In this document: positions 46,861 to 54,910 of the stretch, in pieces
Layout: each line of letters begins with the position of its first letter
How positions within the stretch are numbered: the stretch's first letter is position 1
NCBI GenBank assembly: GCA_963846325.1
Contig: CAWJVO010000009.1
Span: forward strand, 47,205-111,204
DNA length: 64,000 nt
Source of the DNA: an uncultured bacterium
Lineage (GTDB): Bacteria; Krumholzibacteriota; Krumholzibacteriia; Krumholzibacteriales; Krumholzibacteriaceae
Direction: 5' to 3'
The notes under the pieces: model-generated
Databases searched by the model: none
Told to the model about the DNA's origin: nothing
The model's input: the letters and a program-made list of their open reading frames with translations, nothing else
Program-made: the position numbers and the translations under genes

Positions 46861-48942
46861 TTGAGCAAGGTCGGATATATCGCGGGCGGAGCGTTGCTTG
46901 TCGCCGCCATCGTGCTCGTCTATTTCTTTCTCGGTGACAGGCCTCTTCCCTCTATCGGCGCCCCGGATAGAGCCGGAGATTCGCTGCGGCTTTTCGCCGA
47001 TCGCATACCCGAGGAGGATCTCTCGTCTCAAGGCGGAGAATCGATCGAGACGAGCGCTTGCATACTGACCTCCGAGGAGCTCGCCGCATTGTTCGACAGA
47101 GCGTCCCGGCAGATCCAGTCGCAGCTCCTCGCCCGCGCGTCGATCCGGGAAAAGGCCGTCGTCTACGGCCGGGCGACACTCGGCGAACGCATCGCCCTTT
47201 TCCGGCTCCTGAAAACGGAAGAGCGCGTCGCTCTTCTCGACCGGTTGTCCGCCGCCGACCGCGCTGCGGTCCTCCAGGGGATCGCGGCGTCTCCCGGCGC
47301 TTTCGATTCGGCCTCTCTCAAGGCGAAGGGCTCGATGCTCGACAAGGCGCCCGCGGCCTCCAAGGACGCCCTACTCGCGGCGGCATCCGTTCACGACAGG
47401 GCCACCCTCGTCTCCCGGGCCTCTCAGGCCGAAAAGGCCGCTTTGATGGAGCGTCTGTCGGCGACGGAAAAGGCCGCGTTCATGGGATGCGCAACGGTCG
47501 ACGAGCGCAAGAAGATCTTCAAGGACGCCTCGCTCGACGAAAAGGCCATGCTCTTCCGGCGCGCGACGACTTCCGAGAAGATACTGATGATGGAGCGCGC
47601 CTCGCTCGAGGAGAAGGCGACGATCATCGCCAAGGCGTCGATCGGGGAGAAGGCGGAGCTTTTCGAGCTCGCGACGGCGCAGGAGCATCAGGCGATGTTC
47701 GAGCGCCTGACGTCGGCCGAAAGAGCCGCGATGGCCATGCGTTCGGGAACCACGTCGCAGGCCCTCGACGAGCTTCCCCTCAGCGAGCGCAGCGCCTTCC
47801 TGGTCGGGCACGGAACGATTCCCGATCTGGCCGCCTTGATCGACGGGGCTTCTCTCGAGGAGAAGGGCGCGATCGTCGAACGGATCCCTCTCCGGACGAC
47901 CGTGTCCCTCATGGAACGCGCCACGCCGAAGGAAATGGCCGTTTTTCTCGGAGGCTCCTCCGACGACGAGCTCGCCCTGATCATGTCGCGGACGACGATC
48001 AAACCCGCCTGCCATCTCCTCGATCGCTCGTCCCTCGAGGAACGCTCGTCCCTCGTGGAACGGGCCACGGCGCAGGAGAAGGCGTCGTTCTTCGATCAGG
48101 CCACCGTCCAGGAAAAAAACGAGATGTTCGACAGGCTTCCGCCCCTCGAAAAGACCTCTTTTCTGGGCCGCGCCGGCCTCGCGACGGACGCGTTCGGAGC
48201 GCTCTCAGCGGAGAGAAAGGCCGCGCTCCTCACGGAGCGCGCGTCGCTTCAGGAAAAAGCGCTTTTCGTGGAGAAAGCGACTCTGTCGGAGAAGGCCGCG
48301 ATCATCGATCGCGCCGCCCTCGAGGAACGGGCCTCTCTCATGGATCGAGCGTCGTTCGAGGAGCGCTCGTCCATCATGGCGCGCGCTTCGGCTCTCGAGA
48401 AATCGATCATGATGGAGCGAGCGACGGTCGAGGAACGGGCGGCTCTCTTCGAGCGTTCGACGAGCGAGCAGCGCATGGCCCTTCTCGGCAGGGCCTCTCT
48501 CTTCGAGAAGGCTTCGCTCCTCGACAAGGGAACGGTCGAGGAGAAGGCGGCTTTCTTCCAGCTGACGACGATCCAGGAGCGCGTGGCGCTTTTCGAGCGC
48601 CTGCCGCTCCCGGACCGCACCGCGCTTCTCGCGCGATCCTCGATCAGTCCGGAGACGCTCGACAAGCTGTCGATCCAGCAGCGCGCCGCCATCGTGCTCG
48701 AACGCGCGTCGGTTCAGGAGCGCGCCTCCCTCGTCGACGCCGCGACGCCGCAGGAAAAGGCGACGATCGTCGGGCGCATCAGTTTTCCCGAGAAAGCGGC
48801 TCTCATCGCGCGCGCTACGATCGAGGAGGAGGCTTCCCTCCTCGACCGCGCCTCGATAGAGGAACGCGCCTCCTTCATGGAGAAGGCCACTTCCGAGGAA
48901 CGGGCCGCGCTCTTCAAGAGATCGACCGGTTGCGCGGATTAG
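46861..48942 (+). CDS. Membrane-anchored protein built from ~50 tandem 12-residue repeats
   Basis: A TTG start lies 6 nt after GGAGG. There is one N-terminal TM helix. Repeats of consensus (D/E)RA(S/T)xxE(K/R)AxL(F/M/I) run to the C-terminus. Confidence 0.7.
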   Translation: MSKVGYIAGGALLVAAIVLVYFFLGDRPLPSIGAPDRAGDSLRLFADRIPEEDLSSQGGESIETSACILTSEELAALFDRASRQIQSQLLARASIREKAVVYGRATLGERIALFRLLKTEERVALLDRLSAADRAAVLQGIAASPGAFDSASLKAKGSMLDKAPAASKDALLAAASVHDRATLVSRASQAEKAALMERLSATEKAAFMGCATVDERKKIFKDASLDEKAMLFRRATTSEKILMMERASLEEKATIIAKASIGEKAELFELATAQEHQAMFERLTSAERAAMAMRSGTTSQALDELPLSERSAFLVGHGTIPDLAALIDGASLEEKGAIVERIPLRTTVSLMERATPKEMAVFLGGSSDDELALIMSRTTIKPACHLLDRSSLEERSSLVERATAQEKASFFDQATVQEKNEMFDRLPPLEKTSFLGRAGLATDAFGALSAERKAALLTERASLQEKALFVEKATLSEKAAIIDRAALEERASLMDRASFEERSSIMARASALEKSIMMERATVEERAALFERSTSEQRMALLGRASLFEKASLLDKGTVEEKAAFFQLTTIQERVALFERLPLPDRTALLARSSISPETLDKLSIQQRAAIVLERASVQERASLVDAATPQEKATIVGRISFPEKAALIARATIEEEASLLDRASIEERASFMEKATSEERAALFKRSTGCAD
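47071..48918 (+). repeat. Degenerate 36-bp coding periodicity (12-aa repeat array)
   Basis: An example run is ERASLEEKATII/AKASIGEKAELF/ELATAQEHQAMF. DNA copies have diverged, so the periodicity is visible mainly at the protein level. The boundaries are approximate. Confidence 0.65.
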
Positions 48943-49014
48943 AAATACCGGATATACTATTTCATATGGCGAAGAATTGAACGTAAAGGGCTCGTATTGC
49001 GGCGGAGGTCCTTT

Positions 49015-49608
49015 ATGAAGTGGCTTTTGCTCTTTGCGGTATACGTTTTCTTTATCGCGATCGCGGCGGTTCCATCGTCTATCGGCTCAGCATCTGCCGC
49101 CCCTCCGCCGGTCGGCTACATCGGCCTCTTCGCCGACGGCGCGCATTCCGTCAACACCGTCTGCCCGTCCGTGTACGGGCAGTTCACGTGCTGGATCTGG
49201 TGCCTGCCGAGCGTGAACGGCCTGCAGGCGGCCGAGTTTGCCGTGAGCTTCCCGCCGACGGTGATCACCCTCGTAACCGTCCAGAATCCCAACACAGTCG
49301 TCGCACTTTGCTGCGGTAATCTCCCGACGGGTGTCGGCATTGCCTTCGGCGAGGGCCAGTGCCAGACGGATTGGGTTTGGTTATACCAGCTCAGCATGAT
49401 GCCGCTCGCCGCGACTCCCGCCAGGATCGAGATCGTTCCTCACCCGGGTGTGTGGCCCGTGCCGGCGATGCAGTTCGCGAGCTGCTTGCTCGGCTACCCG
49501 ATCGAGCCGTGCATCAACCTGACGCCTCTCTATATCTGCTGGACCCCGGACCCGGGGCCTCTCGGAGCGCGGGAGACGAGCTGGGGAGCGATCAAGAGCC
49601 TGTTCTAG
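49015..49608 (+). CDS. Secreted hypothetical protein, family 2, with C-terminal ...TSWGAIKSLF tag
   Basis: The ATG at 49015 lies after GGAGG. The signal peptide ends GSASA, and the mature N-terminus is APPPVGYIGLF. It is a paralog of 50432..50992. Confidence 0.7.
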   Translation: MKWLLLFAVYVFFIAIAAVPSSIGSASAAPPPVGYIGLFADGAHSVNTVCPSVYGQFTCWIWCLPSVNGLQAAEFAVSFPPTVITLVTVQNPNTVVALCCGNLPTGVGIAFGEGQCQTDWVWLYQLSMMPLAATPARIEIVPHPGVWPVPAMQFASCLLGYPIEPCINLTPLYICWTPDPGPLGARETSWGAIKSLF

Positions 49609-49642
49609 TGCCGCGATTCGAAGCCGCGGATTTCCAATAGAA

Positions 49643-50176
49643 TCACTTCGCCATGTTCTTACTTCTCTCTTCGCCCTGCTTTCTCATGAGTCCTCTATGA
49701 ACGTAGGTGATGTGCGTTTCCGTCTTGGCCTCGACCAGAGTGACGAGCACATCCGGAAGGGTGATAATATAAGCCGGACCGAAAGTCTGCCCGCTGTATC
49801 CCGGCATCGAATTCCAGCTCTGATCGAGGACCTGAGCCGCCTGCAGGAACCGGTTCTCCGGCTTATCGACGAGATATACGGTCACCTGCCCGACATAATC
49901 CTTATAAAAAGACACTACCGCGTATTCCACTTGCTCGGACTTATTCATCGAGCTTTCGAACTTGTAGCAATCGGGGAACATCTGGCCGGGCACACCGTTT
50001 TTCAAGCTGCACCCGATCCCTTCCTGGTGAGCGCGCTGCATCAGCGACTGCTTGGATTCTCCGAGGTAGAAACCATAGATCTGCTTGTTGATTCTGGACG
50101 GTTCCGCCGCCGTCGCCATCGAGGCTATCGTCGACAGGATGAATACCGCCGCGCAGATTCTGATCGAGCTTCTCAT
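49643..50176 (-). CDS. Secreted hypothetical protein
   Basis: The ATG lies 7 nt after GGAGG. The signal peptide is MRSSIRICAAVFILSTIASMATA. The GC content is visibly lower than in flanking genes. Confidence 0.55.
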   Translation of the reverse strand: MRSSIRICAAVFILSTIASMATAAEPSRINKQIYGFYLGESKQSLMQRAHQEGIGCSLKNGVPGQMFPDCYKFESSMNKSEQVEYAVVSFYKDYVGQVTVYLVDKPENRFLQAAQVLDQSWNSMPGYSGQTFGPAYIITLPDVLVTLVEAKTETHITYVHRGLMRKQGEERSKNMAK

Positions 50177-50372
50177 CTCAATACCTCCGTAGAAATGCAT
50201 ACCGGAGGTGCCACCGCATATCTCATGCCCCTGAGCATGCGATGCGGCGCCAACGCATCTCGTTGCGCGGCAATGCCGTAGCGAGGCCTACACTGTGAGG
50301 GCACACAGCGCTGACGACAAATTGCGAGAGATGCAGTTCCCTTTGCGAGCGGCGAGGAAGGCCCGAATCACG

Positions 50373-50401
50373 TTGAATAATTCGGCGATCGGGTGTAAAA
50401 T
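50373..50401 (+). promoter_or_regulatory. Putative sigma70-type promoter
   Basis: TTGAAT-17 nt-TAAAAT lies about 30 nt upstream of the AAAGGAGG RBS and the ATG at 50432. Confidence 0.45.
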
Positions 50402-50431
50402 ATCGATTGAAATCCTTCAAAGGAGGCCGCG

Positions 50432-50992
50432 ATGAAGAAAGCGCTATTGATCGGTGCGGCGATTCTGTTCCTGGCCGGCTCCGCATCGGCCGTCGCTCCG
50501 CCGATCGGGTATATCGGCGTTTTCAAGGATGCGACTCATAACACGAATCCGATCGTCAATACGGTTTGCCCGGCCCCTTACGGGTCCTTTGACGCCTGGA
50601 TTTGGTGCCTGCCGAGCGAGAACGGTCTGCAGGCGGCCGAATTCGCGGTCAGTTTCCCGGCGACCGCCGTCATACTCGGCTCCGTCCAGAATCCCCTGAT
50701 CACCATCACCATCGGCCGCCTCCCCGAGGGCATCGCCATTGCGTTCAGCGAGGGTATGTGTCAGATGGATTGGATCTGGACGCATCAATTCTCCTTGATG
50801 CTGCTGGATCAGATCGCCGCCGATATCGAGATCATGCCACACCCGGGGATCAAACCAAACCCGGCGTATCAATTTGCATCCTGCGCATTAAGCTATCCGA
50901 CCGAGCCATGCATCTACCTGATGCCTCTACGCATATGCTATTCAATAGGAGTCGAACAAATAAGCTGGGGAGCCATCAAGAGTCTGTATTAG
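50432..50992 (+). CDS. Secreted hypothetical protein, family 2 paralog, with C-terminal ...ISWGAIKSLY tag
   Basis: The signal peptide ends GSASA, and the mature N-terminus is VAPPIGYIGVF. The blocks WIWCLPS.NGLQAAEFAVSFP are shared with 49015..49608. Confidence 0.75.
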   Translation: MKKALLIGAAILFLAGSASAVAPPIGYIGVFKDATHNTNPIVNTVCPAPYGSFDAWIWCLPSENGLQAAEFAVSFPATAVILGSVQNPLITITIGRLPEGIAIAFSEGMCQMDWIWTHQFSLMLLDQIAADIEIMPHPGIKPNPAYQFASCALSYPTEPCIYLMPLRICYSIGVEQISWGAIKSLY

Positions 50993-51038
50993 GGATCGTG
51001 CGAATCGGATCGATTGTTCGGGTGTTGAAGTTGAAAAG

Positions 51039-51112
51039 TGAGCCGCCTGGGACTCGAACCCAGGACCCCCTGCTTAAAAGGCAGGTGCTCTAACCACCTG
51101 AGCTAGCGGCCC
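51039..51112 (-). tRNA. tRNA-Lys (UUU)
   Basis: The minus strand reads GGGCCGCTAGCTCAGGTGGTTAGAGCACCTGC-CTTTTAA-GCAGGGGGTCCTGGGTTCGAGTCCCAGGCGGCTCA. All four stems pair. Confidence 0.9.
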
Positions 51113-51187
51113 ATTGATTGCGAAGTTCGTCGAAGCCCCCGCCCCACCGCACGATCCATCCCAAGGCCATGCAAGATAGCGATTTCG

Positions 51188-52489
51188 TCACGTTCTGTCA
51201 AACGAATAGGCCCCGTCCCGGACGATGGTGGCCTCCCGCGCGGCGCCGGTCGAAATGAACGACACCTTCGCGCCGATTCCCTTCTCGATCCTCTCGATGA
51301 AGCTCCGCGCGTTCGCGGGAAGGGCGTCGAACGAATCGACCTTGATCTCCCCCGCGCCCCAACCCGGCATCTCCTCGTAGACCGGCGCGCACTTCGCGAG
51401 ATCATCCGTGTTCTGGGGGAAGCCCTCGATCCTCTTTCCGTCGAGCTCGTAGGCCACGCAGAGCTTCACCCGCGGCAACCCCGAGATGACGTCGAGTTTC
51501 GTGAGCACGATCTCGTCGTAGCCGTTCAGGAGCACCGAATAGCGGCCCCCCACGACGTCGAACCATCCGCACCGGCGCGGACGCCCCGTCGTCGTGCCGT
51601 ACTCGTGCCCGCGCTCCCGCAGCTCGTTCCCCGAGTCCCCGGTGATCTCGCTCGGCATCGGACCGTTTCCGACGCGCGTGAGGTACGCCTTGAAGATGCC
51701 GATCACTCTCCCGATGTCGCGCGGCGCGAGCCCCGTTCCCGTCACGGCGCCGCCCACGGTGCACGAGCTCGACGTGACGAAGGGATACGTGCCGTGATCG
51801 ATATCGAGGAGCGTTCCCTGGGCGCCCTCGAGGAGAATGCGCTTCCCCCGCGCCTTCAGGTCGTGCATGAGCTCCTGCGCGTCGACGACGAGACCGGCGA
51901 GGCGATCCCGCATATTCGCGAAATCGCTCGCGATCTTCTCGGCCGAGAGCGGCGGCGCCGCGAACATCGCGAGCTGCCTGTTCGCGTCTTCCACCTTCGC
52001 CTTGACGATCTCGAAGAGCTCCGCCTTTTCGCGGAGAAACACGCCCATACGAAGCCCTCTCCGCTGCGATTTGTCCGCGTACGCGGGGCCGATTCCCTTC
52101 CCGGTGCTCCCGATGCTCTCCTTCTCGAGATCGACCTCCATGAGGTTGTCGAGCACGCGATGGTACGGCATCACGATATGGGCGGCGGAGCTGATGCGGA
52201 TACGCCCGTTCACGTCGACGCCCCTCGATACGAGAGACTCGAGCTCGGCGAGAAAGGCCTGGGGATCGATGACCATGCCGTTACCGAGGATGGCCGTGAC
52301 GTGCGGATAGAGGAGACCCGAGGGAATCTGATGAAACGCGAAACGCCCGGCGTCGGTGACGACGGTGTGCCCGGCGTTCGCGCCGCCCTGAAATCTCGCG
52401 ACCACGTCGTGTCCGCGCATGAGGAAATCGACGACCTTCGCCTTACCCTCGTCCCCCCACTGACCGCCCACAATGACCGTAGCAGACAT
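51188..52489 (-). CDS. purA: Adenylosuccinate synthetase
   Basis: The protein starts VIVGGQWGDEGKAKVVD and also has GTTGRGIGPAY-type and TKLD motifs. Confidence 0.95.
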   Translation of the reverse strand: MSATVIVGGQWGDEGKAKVVDFLMRGHDVVARFQGGANAGHTVVTDAGRFAFHQIPSGLLYPHVTAILGNGMVIDPQAFLAELESLVSRGVDVNGRIRISSAAHIVMPYHRVLDNLMEVDLEKESIGSTGKGIGPAYADKSQRRGLRMGVFLREKAELFEIVKAKVEDANRQLAMFAAPPLSAEKIASDFANMRDRLAGLVVDAQELMHDLKARGKRILLEGAQGTLLDIDHGTYPFVTSSSCTVGGAVTGTGLAPRDIGRVIGIFKAYLTRVGNGPMPSEITGDSGNELRERGHEYGTTTGRPRRCGWFDVVGGRYSVLLNGYDEIVLTKLDVISGLPRVKLCVAYELDGKRIEGFPQNTDDLAKCAPVYEEMPGWGAGEIKVDSFDALPANARSFIERIEKGIGAKVSFISTGAAREATIVRDGAYSFDRT

Positions 52490-52635
52490 CGAGCGATTCT
52501 CCTTCGTCGTGAAACAACCCGCCGTAGTCTATGGCACAAACATCCGCGGCGCAATCGAATATTATCCGCAAATAAATGCCGCCTCCCGCTGGGGAGGCGG
52601 CTCGCTTCGATTGAAAGCCCCTTGGCCGCTATTCT

Positions 52636-53037
52636 CTAGTCTTCAAAGAGAGATTTCAGTATGCCCCACGTCCCGCGATCGATCGAGTTCGGCACGTTCA
52701 TGGGATCGCCGGGATTGCTGTACTCGAATCCTACCTCGGCGACCCCGTCGCCGGTCTTGTCGCCGAGCTCGTCCCCGTTCGGATAGCCGTCTGCGTCCGA
52801 GTCCTTCACCGCGAGGGCGTTGTTCCACGAGTAGCCGTTCTTCTTGAAATCGGCGCCGAAGCTGTTGAGATCCGCGGAGACCGGCGAAGAGGATTTGTGG
52901 CAAAGAAGGCACTTGTAATGCCGGTACACGGGGAGGGATCGCATATACTCGTCCCTGCTCATGATCGTCCCCGCGGCGAATATGACGACGGCGCATACGA
53001 GTATGACGATGACGTTAAGCTTTAGCTTTGGACGCAC
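52636..53037 (-). CDS. Small membrane-anchored/secreted mono-haem c-type cytochrome-like protein with C-terminal ...GTWGILKSLFED tag
   Basis: A GTG start lies 5 nt after GGAGG, followed by an N-terminal hydrophobic helix. There is a single CLLCH (CxxCH) haem motif and a DSDADGYPNGDELGD calcium-type loop. Confidence 0.6.
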   Translation of the reverse strand: MRPKLKLNVIVILVCAVVIFAAGTIMSRDEYMRSLPVYRHYKCLLCHKSSSPVSADLNSFGADFKKNGYSWNNALAVKDSDADGYPNGDELGDKTGDGVAEVGFEYSNPGDPMNVPNSIDRGTWGILKSLFED

Positions 53038-53086
53038 TCATACCTCCGATTTCCTAACCATATTATAACAATGATAGTTGCAACTG

Positions 53087-54232
53087 TCAAGCCCCGATCC
53101 ACGGAAAATCGTCCAGGCAGGCTTCACGGATGCGCGCCGAGGCGGCAGCGGCGTCGATTTCGACCCCGCACTCCTCCATCGCGCAGCCGAGCGCAGCTAT
53201 GAGCCGCTCGAGCGTCCGCGCGCCGTGCAGGCCCAGAAAGCCGGTGCGCAGGACCTTTCCCTTGAGATCGTCCTGCCCGCCGGCCGCTATGAAGCCCTCG
53301 CGCGCGAGATATGCGAGAACCCGCTCTCCCGGACACGCCGCCGGAAGCGAGAGCACCTGCACGGCCGACGAAGGGCTCTTCGCGTACGATTCGAGCGAGA
53401 GAGCCTCCGCCGCCCTGAGATATGCCCCCGACGCCGTGCGGTGGCGAGCAATGACCTTCTCGAACCCGAGCGCCTTCATGCTCAAGAGAGAACGATGCAT
53501 GATCTGGATCGCGGCGATCGCGGGCGTGAAGGGCGTGTCTCCATGCGCCGCGGCGAGCCGCGCCCGGTCGAGATCGAAGTAATAGACGCCTTTCCGGCGC
53601 CTCCCCGCGAGCGAGAGCGCGCGCTTCCCGAAGGCCGCGAAGCTCACACCCGGCGGTGAGGCGAGAGATTTCTGGCTCGCGCCGACCGCGACGTCGATTC
53701 CCCAATCGTCCATATCGAAATCCTCAGCCCCGAGGGAGGATATGGCGTCCACGACGAGAATGGGCCTTGTATCCCCGCCGAGCCTGCGGCCGAGATCCCG
53801 CAGGGGGAAGAGCCCTCCCGTCGAAGATTCGACGTGCGTGAGGGCGAGGAATTCGGGCTTCTCGCGGTCGATTCTTTCCTCGACCGAATCGAGGTCGATT
53901 TCTCTCCCGCCCTCGAACTCCAGCACGGAGACACGGCATTCGTACGCCTCGAACAGCTCGGCCCACCTGCGTCCGAACTTCCCCCCCGATACGACGAGAA
54001 CGCGCGAGCCGGGAGCGGTCGCGTTCGCGACGGCGGCCTCCATGGCGCCCGTGCCCGACGAGGTGAGGAGGCAGACGGGGGACGACGTGCGCAGAAGCTC
54101 CCGCAGCGCGGATTCGCATTCCAGAACGATGTCTCTGAATTCCTCCGACCGGTGATGAAGCTGCGGAAGTCCCTGCCACGCCGCCGGAGCGACGTGAACG
54201 GGTCCCGGGCTCACGATGACGGTGTCGCGCAT
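53087..54232 (-). CDS. Class-V aminotransferase (serine-pyruvate/alanine-glyoxylate type)
   Basis: This is the 381-aa tail of track ORF 53087..54871, starting MRDTVIVSPGPV. It has SGTGAMEAA and GASQKSL (PLP Lys). Confidence 0.85.
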   Translation of the reverse strand: MRDTVIVSPGPVHVAPAAWQGLPQLHHRSEEFRDIVLECESALRELLRTSSPVCLLTSSGTGAMEAAVANATAPGSRVLVVSGGKFGRRWAELFEAYECRVSVLEFEGGREIDLDSVEERIDREKPEFLALTHVESSTGGLFPLRDLGRRLGGDTRPILVVDAISSLGAEDFDMDDWGIDVAVGASQKSLASPPGVSFAAFGKRALSLAGRRRKGVYYFDLDRARLAAAHGDTPFTPAIAAIQIMHRSLLSMKALGFEKVIARHRTASGAYLRAAEALSLESYAKSPSSAVQVLSLPAACPGERVLAYLAREGFIAAGGQDDLKGKVLRTGFLGLHGARTLERLIAALGCAMEECGVEIDAAAASARIREACLDDFPWIGA

Positions 54233-54246
54233 GGAGCGCCTCTCCC

Positions 54247-54909
54247 CTATCGGATCCGTTCCACGATCCAGCGCCAGAGATCCTCTCTCCCCTCGCCCGT
54301 TTTCGCCGAGAAGAAGATCGCGGGCGCCGCTTCGCTCGAGCCCGCTCCGGCGCCGTGCTCGTCGCCGGCGCTTCGCTTGTCGATCGCGGCGATCCGGGCG
54401 ATCCCCTCGACGCTTTCGTTGAACTCCCGCACCGCGCGATATCGATCGGCGTTCGAGATCTTGTCCACCTTCGTGAAAACGACGATGAACGGCTTTCCGC
54501 TCCCGGCGATCCGCTCGATCCGTTCGACGTCCTCCTTGGACGGCGCGTGGCGCGAATCGACGAGCTGCACCACTCCGGCGAGAGCCTCCCGGCCCTCGAG
54601 ATACGCGTCGATGATCCGCAGCCAGTCTTTCCGCGTCTCCGCGGAGAGCCGCGCGAAGCCGTAGCCGGGAAAATCGACGAGGTAGAACCGGTCGTTGACG
54701 GCGTAGAAATTCATCGTGCGGGTCTTGCCCGGTTCGTTGCTGATGCGGGCGAAGTTCTTCCGCTCGAAGAGGGTGTTGAGGAGCGACGACTTCCCGACGT
54801 TCGATCTCCCCGACACGGCGATCTCCTTCCACGGAGATTTCGGAAACCGCGCGGGATCGAGCGTGGTGCACGCGACGGCGAGGCTCTTTATTTTCAAAAC
54901 CGGCGGCAT
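54247..54909 (-). CDS. engB: Ribosome-biogenesis GTPase EngB/YsxC
   Basis: The GTPase motifs are GRSNVGKSSLLN, DFPGYG and TKVDK. Confidence 0.9.
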   Translation of the reverse strand: MPPVLKIKSLAVACTTLDPARFPKSPWKEIAVSGRSNVGKSSLLNTLFERKNFARISNEPGKTRTMNFYAVNDRFYLVDFPGYGFARLSAETRKDWLRIIDAYLEGREALAGVVQLVDSRHAPSKEDVERIERIAGSGKPFIVVFTKVDKISNADRYRAVREFNESVEGIARIAAIDKRSAGDEHGAGAGSSEAAPAIFFSAKTGEGREDLWRWIVERIR

Positions 54910-54910
54910 G

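Noticed and set aside
49609-49642. A short hairpin (CCGCG-attcgaagc-CGCGG) between convergent genes, considered as a bidirectional terminator
   Set aside because: The stem is only 5 bp and there is no convincing U-tract on either strand.
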